Shown one piece after another: positions 38,926 through 50,733 of a DNA stretch of 64,000 nucleotides. Under the pieces are notes generated by a model, which made no database searches, was not told the DNA's origin, and saw only the letters and a program-made list of their open reading frames with translations. Position 1 is the stretch's first letter; every line of letters begins with the position of its first letter. A program made the position numbers and the translations under genes. Origin of the DNA: Phyllosticta citribraziliensis. Lineage: Eukaryota. The stretch spans positions 434,001 to 498,000 of the forward strand of contig NW_027117348.1 of assembly GCF_038025025.1 (NCBI RefSeq), read 5' to 3'.

Positions 38926-40844
38926 GGTGTGATGTGGACGTGAGGGTGCTTGTTCGGGAACCAAGAGTGTTGGGAAGACAGAGAAGGGAGGCAGAATAAG
39001 ACAATGGGTATTTGAACAGGTCGAGAGGGGTAGCAGTGCGGAGAGGGTTGCAGCTAAGAGGCCAGATTAACTTATAATCCCGGGCGAGAGCGTGGGAGAG
39101 GGTTGATATGGACGGGGGGCGACCGGCTGGTACACACAGACGTCTGTCTGGGCACCAATGGCGAGTGAGTGATTCCCAGCATGACGCGGGCTTTGCTTCC
39201 AGCCCTGGGCCGCTGACTGAGCTCCATTGCAGACGGCCCCGTTGGCCGTTTTCCACAATGTTCGATTATGCTGCCACGAGCTCAACGGCGCCAGACAAGA
39301 GTCGTGCAGCGTCTCAGAAGGCTGAAAGGTACCGTTGCGCGTCGCACATGGCGCGTTCCACAGACTCTCCCTTTGTTTATCCCTGTGGTCCCTGAGGTCG
39401 ATATTTGCCGGACGTGCCGCCACCTCTCACCACCGCCCGCTTTCCCGAGTTGCGGGCATGGGCAGCGGTCCTCGGCTGAGATATCCGGTCGTCAGGGTGG
39501 ACTGTGTTGTGTTGCTTTATAAGTTGCGAATCCGACTCGGCTGGACCGGGGCTGCTGACAAGGAAGGGTACATGGGTCAGCGTCGAGTCTTCAGCAATCA
39601 TCGTCATGTCTGCTTTTCCTTCCAGCCAGTGCAAGCACAGACTCACGACGTGAGGCTCCATCTTCAGCTTCTTCAGGCGTCATCAGCGCCGGCGATCGAT
39701 CGAGAGAATGCATCAAGGTGGACCAGGTCGGCGTGGTTTCGGCGTGTCCAGGGTATCGTCGTCGGATGATCGACAATACCCGCCAGTCGCTTACGTCACG
39801 ACATTCCCTCCGCTGCCATTGGTCCTCCCGCGTCTTCCACCACTTTCGATACCACCCCCTCTCCATGTCATCCCGCTCTCATCGAGTCAACTTGGGTTTC
39901 AACTCGCGCGTCGCTCGCGCAGCTACGCGTTCAGTGCCGAGCCTCATACACAAACAATTCACCGCGTGGGAACAGAGCTAACTTCCGCTTTCACCATTCT
40001 CAGTCTCTACTCAGTTCGTGGTCATCTGCCGGACCAATCCACCACACCACCTACCGCCCTGCAAGCAAACCGAGCACGCAATCCCTTCGTGAAGCCAACG
40101 AGGCAGTCAGACAGGTGCGCCACCAGACGAGAGGAGAGGCAGGACCCAGCTCCCAGATCGACCGCCAAATCGAGTCGACGGCCATGACCTTTGCATCTCC
40201 CCATGGGCATCCTCTCTTCCCTCCTGCGGCCGCGCACGTAGAGCCGCGCGTCGGTCCTCGCGAGCGTGGGCATTGGGAGCGTTCGACGTGGGCGAAGGGT
40301 GAAGCTCAAAGGGAGTCGACGAGCGTCCTGACAACACAGTGAGAAAATACGCCACCAAGCTCCTCTTGTGGGGCTGGCTCACCGTGAGTCTCCACGTGCG
40401 GGCGCGAGCGCTGTAGCTTGGCGTCGTTGCTGAGAGAGGAGCTGGCTGGCCATGTAGTCTTGTTCTCTGGAGGTCTTGGAGCTGGCGGAATCGAAGACAT
40501 TGGAAAACTCGACGACTGGTGCAGGGCAAGCAGAATAGAGCTCCAAGCCCGAGTAACCATGAACGCTTCCTTTCAGCCACCAGTTTGCTGCCAACCATGG
40601 TGTCAATCGTTGGAAATCCCTGCGTCCTACAAGGTTGCAGTCGAAAGACGCTGAAAACGAACAGGGGCGCAATCTGCCCCGATTGGTATTTCGCAAGTGC
40701 AGACAGGGAGCGTTATATCCCCAATCAGCAGTAACAGAGCTCCAGCATGACGCAAAAGGTTGCAAAATCGCCGCATCCAGAAGCAACATCGAAAAAGTCT
40801 CACCATCTGAAGGCGAATTTTGAGTGGGGTGGGTTGGCATGCAA

Positions 40845-42040
40845 AGGCCGTGGCACAGAAGTCTCTCTTAGCATCCCCATTCGTCAATGACTTGAGAGAG
40901 TCCCTCTCTTAGCATCCCCGTTCGTCGACGACTTGAGAGAGTGCCTGGTGTATTTGAACGAGGCCCACACCCGTGGCACAGAAGTCCCCCTTTTAGCTTC
41001 TCCATTCGTCGATGATTTGAGAGAGTGCCCAGTTTATTTTGGACGAGGCCCACACCCATGGCACAGAAGTCTCCCTCTTAGCATCTCCATTCGTCGATGA
41101 TTTGAGAGAGTGCCCATTTTATTTATTTGGATGAAGCCCACACCCGTGGCACAGAAGTGCCCCTCTTAGCACCCCCACCGGCGACGACTTGACAGAGTGC
41201 CTGGTTTATTTGGACAAGGCACTGAAGTCCCTCTCTTAGCATTCCCGTTCATCGACGACTTGAGAGAGCACTTGGTTTATTTGGACGAGGCCCACACGCG
41301 TTTGTTGACGACTTGAGCGAACGCCTGGTTCATTTCAACGAGGCACAGAAGTCCCTCTATTAGCATTTCCGTTCGTTGACGACCTGAGAGAGTGCCAGGT
41401 GTATTTGAACGAGGCCCACACCCATGGCACTGAAGTCCCCCTCTCTCAGAGCATCCCATTCATCAACGACTTAAGAGAGTACCTGGTGTATTTGAACAAG
41501 GCCCACACCCATGGCACTAAAGTCCCCCTCTCTCAGAGCATCCCATTCGTCGACGACTTGAGAGAGTGCCGGGTGTATTTAAATGAGGCCCACACCCGTG
41601 GTACCAAAGTCCCCCTCTCTCTCAGAGCATCCCTGTTCGTCGACGACTTGAGAGAGTGCCTGGTGTATTTGAACGAGGCCCACACCCATGGCACTGAAGT
41701 CCCCCTCTCTCAGAGCATCCCATTCGTCGACGACTTGAGAGAGTGCCTGGTGTATTTGAACAAGGCCCACACCCATGGCACTAAAGTCCCCCTCTCTCAG
41801 AGCATCCCATTCGTCGACGACTTGAGAGAGTGCCTGGTATATTTGAATGAGGCCCATACCCATGGCACTAAAGTCCCCCTCTCTCAGAGTATCCCATTCG
41901 TCGACGACTTGAGAGAGTGCCTGGTTTATTCGGTGAGGCCACAACCCGTGGCACATAAGTCCTTCTCTTGGCATTCCCGTTCGTTGACGACTTGAGAGTG
42001 CCTGGTTTATTTGGAGGAAGCCCACGCCCGTGGCACAGAC
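40845..42040. repeat. 87-bp minisatellite, about 15 copies including truncated ones
   Basis: Unit gtatttgaacgaggcccacacccatggcactgaagtccccctctctcagagcatcccattcgtcgacgacttgagagagtgcctggt; period 87 bp (41401 to 41488). Homogeneous from about 41400 to 41930, degenerate and shortened at the flanks. Confidence 0.95.
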
Positions 42041-42365
42041 TTGGAGATGCCTTGCTGATTCAGAAAGAGTGTGTGATCGGGAGGGTTCCGGAGGATTCCC
42101 GCAATGTGTTCTGGACGTAGCAGGAACCAACCTCAGACGAGACAGCCAAGCAGCATTCGATGCGTCGGGTACAGACGAGGCACAAGGGGAGCGGAGCATT
42201 CGTCAGCCCGATGGCAGAACTAAAAACAAGCCATTCATAATCCAATTCCCATCGTCCAAAACGTGTGGATCACTCTCTTTTTGACATCGCATTCGTACAG
42301 GGGAGAAGAAAAGCAGAACCCCTCCCTCCCTCCATGTGGTTTTTCGCCCATCGCCCAGCGCCAAT

Positions 42366-42367
<2 letters not shown>

Positions 42368-42396
<29 letters not shown>
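42368..42396. repeat. (AC)n microsatellite
   Basis: About 14 AC units, just downstream of the aconitase stop. Confidence 0.9.
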
Positions 42397-42397
<1 letters not shown>

Positions 42398-42485
42398 CAA
42401 GAGAAGCCTAATACGTCGGTAAGTCAATCTCGCGATGATGTCTCTTTTGTCGTCAATCCATCTTCTACTCCAAGATCCCACCGTC

Positions 42486-44978
42486 TCATGCCTCCGGCTG
42501 CTTGTTCGCATTGGCAGCCAACAGGTTCAGCGCGGAGCCCGCCAGGATGAAGCCGCACTGGTCGCGACTCAGCGTGTGCTTCGTCTTGACCTCGAAGCTC
42601 TCGCCGCTCCTCTTCTTGACGAGCAGCGCAATCTCGCCCTGTCCGCCCTTCTTCAGCGTGTCGTGCAGACCCTTGGTGGCAACCTCGTCGCACGCCTCGA
42701 TGCGGTCGTAGTCGGCCTCGTTGACAAAGGTGAGGGGAACGACGCCCTGCTTCTTGAGGTTGGTCTCGTGGATGCGAGCAAAGGACTTGGCCAGGATGAC
42801 ACGGCCGCCGAGGTAGCGCGGCTGCAGGGCAGCGTGCTCGCGGGCCGAGCCCTCGCCGTAGTTGTGCTCGGCGACGACGAGCCACTCGGCGCCCTGCTGC
42901 TTCCAGCGCTTGGCCAGCTCGGGGATGCCGCACGACGAGCCGTCAAAGTCGTAGGCCGTGTTGGTCTCGCCCGTTGCCGCATTGACGGCGCCAATGAGCG
43001 TGTTCTCGGCGATATTGGGCAGGTGGCCCTTGTACTTGAGCCACGGGCCAGCTGCTGAGATCGTGTCGGTCGTGCACTGTCCCTTGACTTTGTAGAGCAC
43101 GCGCAGGCCAGACAGGTCGCCGGCTGGGAAGGGCGCGAATGGCTCGAGTACGGCAAGACGCGACGACTTGGGGTCAATCTGGACCTCAACAGAAGGATCA
43201 GGCTTGCCAGGGGTGGGGAGGAAGTCGGGGTTGCCAATCTCGAAGCCAGACTTGGGCAGGTCAACACCAGTTGGTGGTGCAAACCTGAAGGGCTCGCCCG
43301 AGGTGGTAGGGATGGAGTCGGTCATGGGGTTGAAGGTGGTCTCGCCGGCGTAGGAGAGGGCCGTGACGAGCTCAGGAGAGGCGAGGAAGTTCATCGTAGC
43401 GCGGTTACCGTCGTTGCGGGCAGGAAAGTTGCGGTTATACGAGGTGAAAATGGCATTGGCCTCGCCCTTCTTGACCTCGTCGGTGCGCTTCCACTGGCCA
43501 ATGCAGGGGCCGCAGGCATTGGCGAGGACGATGCCACCGGCGGACGAAAAGGTGTCGAGCGTCTCATCGCGCTCGAGAGTTGCCCGAATCTGCTCGCTAC
43601 CAGGGGTGATGAAGAAGTCGGCCTTTGGCTTCAAGCCAGCCGCCTGGGCCTGCTTGACCAAATGCTCCGCACGGGTCATGTCTGCGTAGCTCGAGTTTGT
43701 GCAGCTGCCAATCAAGCCAGCGCCAAACGTCTTGGGCCATCCCTTTTCCTCGACAGTGTCCTTGAACTTGCTCAGAGGCGTCGAAAGATCGGGGGTAAAG
43801 GGACCGTTGATATGAGGCTCCAGCTCAGACAAGTTGATGGTGATGAGTTGGTCGTACTCGGCATTTTGGTCGGGACGGAGGAGGTTGTGGGGACCCGGAG
43901 AGGAGGCGATTGTGCTGGCAGCGGTGGCAATCGATTCGCGGTAGGTAGCGGCCAGGTAGGGAACGTGTCCAGAGGAGAAGGGGAATAATGAAGTCGTTGC
44001 GCCGACCTCTGCGCCCATGTTGCACACGGTGGCCATGCCGGTGCAGTTGAGGGACTCGACGCCAGGGCCGTGGTACTCGATGATGAATCCGGTACCGCCA
44101 CGGACGGTGAGCTTGCCGGCGAGGGTCAAGATGATGTCCTTGGGGCTTGCCCAGCCGCTCAGCTCGCCCTCCAGCCTGACACCGAGAATCTTTGGTGCCT
44201 TGAGCTCCCACGGAGCATCAACGAGCGCGTCGACAGCGTCGGCACCACCGACACCAATGGCAATCGCACCGAGACCTCCGGCATTCGGCGTGTGGCTGTC
44301 CGTACCCAGCATCATCAAACCCGGTGCACTGTAGTTTTCCAGGACGTTTTGGTGGATGATGCCCGCGCCGGGAGGCCAGAACTCGATGCCGTACTTCTTG
44401 GCCGCGCTCTCCAAAAAGTCAAAGACCTCCTTGTTGCCCTGGATCGAGCGTGGCAAATCCGTGTCTGCGCCGCGCTCTCCGACAATCATGTGGTCGCAGT
44501 GGATCGAAGCCGGGACGGCCGTCGATGGCAGACCGCACGACATGAATTGCAGCAGAGCCATTTGCGCCGACGCGTCCTGCATGGCCACGCGGTCGGGCTT
44601 GAGCTTGAGGTTTGCAATTCCGCGAATATCCTTGCCATTGTTGGTGCCGGTCAAGAGCGATTCCTCGGGGTTGTCGAGATGCGAATAAAGAATCTTTTCG
44701 GCGAGAGTGAGCTGCCTCTCGGGTCCGAGGACGCGGCGGACTTCGTGTAGTCTCTTGAGAAGCTTGGGGTAGGGAGGAGTGCGCGAGGCAACGTCGAATC
44801 CCGGGGGAGGTTTGGGTGCGGTGGCGGTTGCGAGATGTCTTCTGCTTGGGAGTACGCGGGGTGAGGTCTGGGACGCGTTAGTGGTGATTGAGTGGTGCGA
44901 CAGGTCTCTTACCTTTGCGTTTGCGAGCCTGGCCGCCCTCAAGGCCTGCGCCCGCATGGTAATTAGCTGGGCAGCCAT
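42486..44978 (-). CDS. ACO2: Mitochondrial aconitase-family protein, Aco2/AcoB type (homocitrate dehydratase-like)
   Basis: LTLAEKILYSH, DRVAMQDASAQMALLQFMSCG (Aco2-type rather than Aco1 CQDATAQ), IHCDH, TDSHTPN, LIGSCTNSSY, NACGPCIGQW, SYNRNF, TTDTISAAGPW, NYGEGSAREHAA. Probable 45-nt intron at 44868-44912. Confidence 0.9.
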   Translation of the reverse strand: MAAQLITMRAQALRAARLANAKVRDLSHHSITTNASQTSPRVLPSRRHLATATAPKPPPGFDVASRTPPYPKLLKRLHEVRRVLGPERQLTLAEKILYSHLDNPEESLLTGTNNGKDIRGIANLKLKPDRVAMQDASAQMALLQFMSCGLPSTAVPASIHCDHMIVGERGADTDLPRSIQGNKEVFDFLESAAKKYGIEFWPPGAGIIHQNVLENYSAPGLMMLGTDSHTPNAGGLGAIAIGVGGADAVDALVDAPWELKAPKILGVRLEGELSGWASPKDIILTLAGKLTVRGGTGFIIEYHGPGVESLNCTGMATVCNMGAEVGATTSLFPFSSGHVPYLAATYRESIATAASTIASSPGPHNLLRPDQNAEYDQLITINLSELEPHINGPFTPDLSTPLSKFKDTVEEKGWPKTFGAGLIGSCTNSSYADMTRAEHLVKQAQAAGLKPKADFFITPGSEQIRATLERDETLDTFSSAGGIVLANACGPCIGQWKRTDEVKKGEANAIFTSYNRNFPARNDGNRATMNFLASPELVTALSYAGETTFNPMTDSIPTTSGEPFRFAPPTGVDLPKSGFEIGNPDFLPTPGKPDPSVEVQIDPKSSRLAVLEPFAPFPAGDLSGLRVLYKVKGQCTTDTISAAGPWLKYKGHLPNIAENTLIGAVNAATGETNTAYDFDGSSCGIPELAKRWKQQGAEWLVVAEHNYGEGSAREHAALQPRYLGGRVILAKSFARIHETNLKKQGVVPLTFVNEADYDRIEACDEVATKGLHDTLKKGGQGEIALLVKKRSGESFEVKTKHTLSRDQCGFILAGSALNLLAANANKQPEA

Positions 44979-45252
44979 TGGAGACGTGGAGGCGAGCGTG
45001 ATGCTGGGGCGGTGACAGTCCAAAAATTCGATGGGGGAGCGATAGCGGAGAAGAGCTCCAGAGTAATTGGGCCGCTGTCATTGGCAGATCTCATCTTGGC
45101 GCGACGCAACCATACAAGGGTATCTATTTCTATGTTGAATGCGACAACATCATCATCGTTCGCTCGCGTTGAATTCCTTTTCTACCAGGCCTAACTCCGC
45201 TTCCTTGCATCAACGTTCAATTCATCTCTCGTACAACTCCTCAAATGCTCCT

Positions 45253-47319
45253 CTACGACGTGTGCACATCCGCCTTGGACATGGCCTCCGTCACCTTTTC
45301 AATCGCGGGATCAGCCTCCTGCTTCTTCTCCGCTCCCTCGACGCCAGCAGCGGCCTTGGCTGCAGCCTTTTTGGCGGCCTTCTTTGCCTTGTCCTTCTCC
45401 TTGGCGGCCTTCTTTGCTGCCTTCTTCTCGGCCTCAATCTGCTTTTGCCTCTTGACCTCCTCGCCACCAAACTGCTCCCTCCACTCTTGCTCCTTCTCCG
45501 GCTTGATCTGGCTAAACAGGTATGATGCCTTGCCAATCTTGTGACCGGGCTTGATGATGCCAGCCTTCCACTCATCGGGAATGTGGGGGACCGGGTCGAC
45601 ACCGAGCTGCTGGAAGATGCCGAGAATAGGCTCTCCCTTGTCGTTGATGCCACCCCGCGCAGTTGCGGGCATGTAGGGCTCGATGACGCTTCCGAGAAGA
45701 TAAATGTGGTTGAGGGCCAGACCGACCACCGCTGCGCAGCGCTCCGGCTCCTCGGTGAATAGTCTGTTGTCAAGTTTGTTGTCCTGCAAGAGCTTGTTGC
45801 CAAGGGCGGAAATGTGCAACGCGCTCACGAGACCGGCTCTCAGCTTGACATTCTCCAGCCAGTTGTTGTACGTCTGGAGAAGCGTGTTGAGTTCCTTGTT
45901 GTAGTTTTCGAGATACTCGTCCGAGTACTTGGTCCAGTCGGGGACAACTAAACAATGTTAGTCATGAAAGACAAACTTTAATTTGAACTTACCAGAGTCG
46001 TATTTGGCCGCAACAAACTTGACGACACGGTTGACAAAGTTGCCCAGGTTCTTCAACAGGTCATTGTTGTTGGCGTCGATGAATTCGTTCCACTTGAACT
46101 CCGCGTCGCCGCTCTCTGGTCGCCTGGACAAGAGGTAGTATCTCCAGACATCAGAAGGAATGCCAGTGTCCTTGGCGTTGTTTCCAAATACGCCGATGCC
46201 CTTGGACTTGGAAAATTTGGTGTCCTCGTAATTCAGGTACTCAGTCGTGGAAAGATGGTGCACCTTGGTCCAGTTGTCTCCGGTACCGAGCTGCGAGCCG
46301 GGGAAGATGATGGTGTGGAATTGGACATTGTCCTTGCCCATGAACTGGTACAGCTTGACGTTGTCGGGGTTCTTCCACCACTTCTCCCACTGATCCGTGT
46401 ATGTTGCCGTGATGGAGACGTAGCCAATGCACGCGTCAAACCACACGTACATGACCTTTTCCTCGAATCCGGGCAGAGGGACTGCCGTTCCCCACTTGAG
46501 ATCACGCGTGATGCCTCGAGGCTTCAAACCCTTGTCGATCCATGACTGCGTGATGTGGATGCAATTGGCTGACCATTTGCCTTCGGTGCTGGCCTCGTTG
46601 AACCACTCGATGATCTTGTCCTTCAATTCGTCCAGGCGAATGTAAATGTGCTTCGTCTCGCGCTTCACTGGCGCCGCGCCATCCAGCTTGCAGCGGGGGT
46701 TGATAAGGAAGCCGGTAGCCTTGACCTCACCGGGAGGCTCAGGCTCATCCGCATTGGTAGGCGCCTTTGCTTCCGGCTCGGGCTCCAGCGGATCCAAGAG
46801 GTTGCCGCACTTGTCGCATTGGTCTCCGCGCGCGCCAGGGTCGTGGCAGATGCTGCACTCGCCCTCGACGTAGCGGTCCGCAAGGAACGAGCCGTGCTTC
46901 TCGCAGAATGGCTGCACCGTAGTCTTCTCCTCCAAGTAGCCATTCTTGTAGAGCTTGAGGAAAATGTCTTGCGCGATATCGGTCTGTTCTTTTGTCGGCG
47001 TGCGGCCAAATTTGTCAAAGCCAATGTTGAACCACTCGTACACCTCGGCGTGGATCTTGTGGTACTTGTCGCACAGCTCTTGGGGAGTGAGGCCCTCGTC
47101 AATCGCCTTGGTTTCGGTCGCCGTGCCGTACTCGTCGGAGCCGCACACGTAAAGAGTCGGGTGGCCGCGAGCTTTGCAGAAGCGCGCAAAGACGTCGGCG
47201 GACAGCACAGAGCCGATGATGTTGCCCAAATGAGGGATGTTGTTGACGTAAGGAAGCGCGCTTGTAATGAGGATATTTCGCTTGCCCTCTTGGGGCAGAA
47301 TCGGTTCGGTCGTCGCCAT
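45253..47319 (-). CDS. MES1: Cytoplasmic methionyl-tRNA synthetase
   Basis: [19 protein letters not shown] (HIGH-like), [45 protein letters not shown] (KMSKS-like), LGNFVNR; one intron near 45950-45991; Lys/Ala-rich C-terminal tail. Confidence 0.95.
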
Positions 47320-47354
47320 CGTGTGTGGTGGTGGGGTGGAGGATGCTGTGGAAG

Positions 47355-47361
47355 TGACTCA
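47355..47361. promoter_or_regulatory. Gcn4/CpcA-like element upstream of MES1
   Basis: TGACTCA 36 bp upstream of the MES1 ATG. It is close enough that it could fall within the 5' UTR. Confidence 0.5.
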
Positions 47362-47730
47362 AATGCCCCGCTAACAAGCTTCCATGATCTGATCTGATCT
47401 AATCTAATCTACCGCCTTTGTCCCCAAGCTTGCATCATAAATTTTGATATTCATAAGCACAATTTTTCACACTCTCTTTCACGTACGACCATAGCAGGTA
47501 GAAAACTCGGAACCCCGTCCGCTCTTCCATAGATAAGCTACCTTGCGGCCGATTAGTAGTTGCGTGGGTGACCAGCAGCGAATCCCGGCTGTTGTACGTT
47601 TTGCATTTTTTTGCTTGGTCACAGCGTGGGTGATGGCTCGTGTCAATGCTTCGATACGGGCCGGAGCGGATCTTTGGCTCAAGGATGGACTCAGGAATTA
47701 ATTTCAAACTTTTGCCTCTACCAGACATCA

Positions 47731-49079
47731 CTACGTCTGTGGTGAGCACGAATTCAGAATCTCCCTCACCATCTCCTTCGACTTCAATGGCACCGCATTA
47801 GTGACGCACCACCTGTCCTTCAACGAGCTCTCCGCCAACTTGTCGAGCTGTTCATCTCCTCCAATGCCAAAATCCGCCAATCGTCGGGGCATGCCCAACT
47901 CCCTAAAGATTACGTCGAGGCAGTCTGCCAAAGGCGCCTCGCCCCGACGAAAACCATGCTGATTGAAGAGTTTGGCAGTGACATCGACGCTGAACAGCAC
48001 ATCGAGAACAATGTGCTGCTTGGCGGGAATGTCGACAAGCGGCTCAACACTCTGTTGATCGAGCCCTGTGCCGGGGACGCCCTCGGCCGCATGCTTTAGA
48101 TTGAAGGCACACACGGCAGGCAGGAGAATGCAGCTTGTCTCGCCGTGGCCGACCCCCAAGGGACCGAGCTGGTGACCGATGCCGTGGCTGGCACCGAGAG
48201 GAGCGCCCGCTTTGCAGCCGGCCATTGCATCCACGACGCCGAGCTGACATTGCAAGCGCGCTTGCGTTTCGTTCAGGTCAGCTTTGGAGCGCAAAAGACC
48301 GGAGACGAGCTGACGCAGACCCGAGGATGCGGCGCGAGCTGCGGCTGAGGTGCAAAAGGGCGAGCAAATGGTTTCAACGCAATGGTCAATGGCGCGAACA
48401 CCGGAGGACAGCCAGAACCGTAGGGGTGTCGTCGTGACTAGCGCGGGGTCGAGGATAACGAGGCGAGGACCAAGGGGAGCGCCAGCGTGGCCGAAGCCGT
48501 GCTTGTGGTGAGTTTCGTCATTGGTACCACCAGCATGATCAGAAAATTCGCCGCCAGAGAGAGACGTTGGAATGGAAATGATGGGGATAGTTGGGCTGGC
48601 GAGATCGGGCCTCGGGATTGAGGGGTCTCGGTTGTTGGTTAGTTTGAGGATGGATGGAAACTCGGTCGCGTTGTTGGCGAGAGCCTGGAGAAGATGGGTG
48701 AGCTTCGCCAGAGATGCGGGATGACCCAACGTACCAGTGTGACAATTTTGGCAGCGTCAATCAGACTTCCTCCGCCAAGGGTCACGAGCAAATCGGCATC
48801 GACCTGCGTCGTCTCCTTGGTGACCTCAATACACTCAGACCATAACGTATGTGGCGTCATTCCGTTCCGAACGCCGACGACTTTATCGCCTAGCGCGTCT
48901 TGAAGTTTTCGAACGACGTTTGTTGTCCGTGCAAGGGTTCCCGAAGCTAGTATGTAGACCCTTGACGCCTTGAAGTCTTGCTCGACATGCTGGGCGCAGG
49001 CTTGCTCGAATGGGAGGCCGTGGCTGACAAAGGGATGGCTCTGCCCTTCGAAGGGTAACGTAACGGTTTCCTGGGCCAT
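47731..49079 (-). CDS. Iron-containing alcohol dehydrogenase / maleylacetate reductase-like protein
   Basis: VTLGGGSLIDAAK, intron near 48685-48733, IPTSLSGGE, PRLVILDP, SGVRAIDHCVE, GASHGIGHQLG, HGETSCILLP. Confidence 0.88.
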
Positions 49080-49203
49080 GGCAAGGTATCTCTGAACAGT
49101 TGCGTCTTGGTGCAAGTTCGTATGAACCCCATGGGGTTTAAGAACCCCACACTCGGCAAAGTTCGTCCGCCCAAGCCGACCGGCTAGATCCGAATCCCGG
49201 GCT

Positions 49204-49856
49204 CTACCATACCATTGATGCCAGCTTCTTCGCCGACCAGTATAAGCCCCAAAAAGCCACTGACCACGTCAAGAGGATCGCAATAATTGTTTTGCCCTGC
49301 AAATCGAAGGCATCGGTAAAGTGGAGTTTTGCCATTTTGCGGTGCTTCTTCCTCGTGAACCATTTGGCCTTGGTGCGGCGAGTCATTTCAATCTGGCCAT
49401 GTACGCCAGGGATGCTTCCGTCAGCTCCGCCCGCCGTGCCGGCACATTCCTTTTGCCATGTCGAATCGCTTGGGTCCTGATAAGGTTCAGGATCCAACCA
49501 CTGCCAAGGCGAGACTGTTGACCACCAAGAAGACGCAGGAGGCGGATGTTCGGCTACACGGTAAGCGCGGTCGCGGCGCTGGACGAAGAAGAGAGAGAGG
49601 ATGAATGAGGTAAAGAGGACTGGGGTCAGGATGACCTGGACTGGGTTAGCAGTGTAGGAGCAAAAGTACCAGAGTACCAGAGGCAGACTTTTGTCAGGGT
49701 CGACACGGGATGATCCGACTCTTTTTGATTGTCGTCGGGCGAGGGTAGAGGTGAAGGCAACGGTGCGCTGGCAAGGTCCTCGAAGGGATCGGGCTTCTTC
49801 TTGCGCTTCGACGGAGTGGTGGGCCGGGAGCTGGTGGTTTGGGTTGAGAGTGACAT
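49204..49856 (-). CDS. Hypothetical membrane protein (199 aa)
   Basis: Exon 49856-49689, intron 49636-49688 (GCTAAC branch site), exon 49635-49204. Two hydrophobic segments (VILTPVLFTSFILSLFFV; IIAILLTWSVAFWGLYW) with WLDPEPYQ and RKKHRKMAKLH..DAF between them. Confidence 0.75.
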
Positions 49857-50733
49857 GATGGCTGGCAAAGCGCCCGAAATTGAAGCGGTGCAACACGGTC
49901 AAGTCAAGACGAATGTTGCATCATGTGCGTACGGCGGGCGCGCGGAGGAGTCGATATTTGTTTGGTGGTGAGCTGGCGCATGTTTGCAGCGGAGACGGAG
50001 GTCAGCGGCCTGACGTCAGGCTAGGCAGCGGCTCGGGCTCGATAGCGACCCGAATCCGAGCTGGAGGCTGGCAGGCAGACGAGATGCTGCGCTGGTGTTG
50101 AGACAAAAGTCTTGCGTCGGCGTTTAGTTTGAAGCCCGTTGCAGCCAGTTCCTGCGGCCGGCTCTTTGTGTCAGGTCTCCCTTGCATTCGTCATTGTCGA
50201 CCTCAGTTGTCTGACCACCGAGTCATGGATTAGTCGACTGCCTCGCCCGGTCGCCCAACCAGTGGATGATGAGCTTGATCTTTTCGTGAATGAATCCGTA
50301 ATCAGTCTGGTCTCTGCCTCGCTGCTGTGGTTCGGGCTGTGTTGGTGGCTGGATCGTCGAGGCGTCCCATCAAAGACCAGACAAGGGACCGAACCGGTGG
50401 AGTCGTCGAAAATTCAAGCAATCATGACAGGGAACGCCCATCCTTCGACCAGCAGTCAATTCTGGGACAGGCATTGCATTGCGTCTTAAACAACAAAGAC
50501 GCGGCGGGCTCAGCTCGTCACTTAAGGGCGACGCCGCCCCCGGAATTAGTAAACCAACGCCACGGACGAAATCCGTCGGACCCTGCCGTCTCACTGTGCT
50601 ACCACCTGAGCCCCTCGCCCACACCACGTCTTACCTGTTCGCTCTTCGTCCGCCTTTTTCGAGCAACCGTCCTTCTCCACTTGTACTCTTGATATCTGTG
50701 TCCTGAATTCTGTGGCGGGTCCAGTCGTTCGAA

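Noticed and set aside
40845..42040. CRISPR-like array
   Set aside because: Units are contiguous with no unique spacers, there are no cas genes, and the DNA is eukaryotic. It is a minisatellite.
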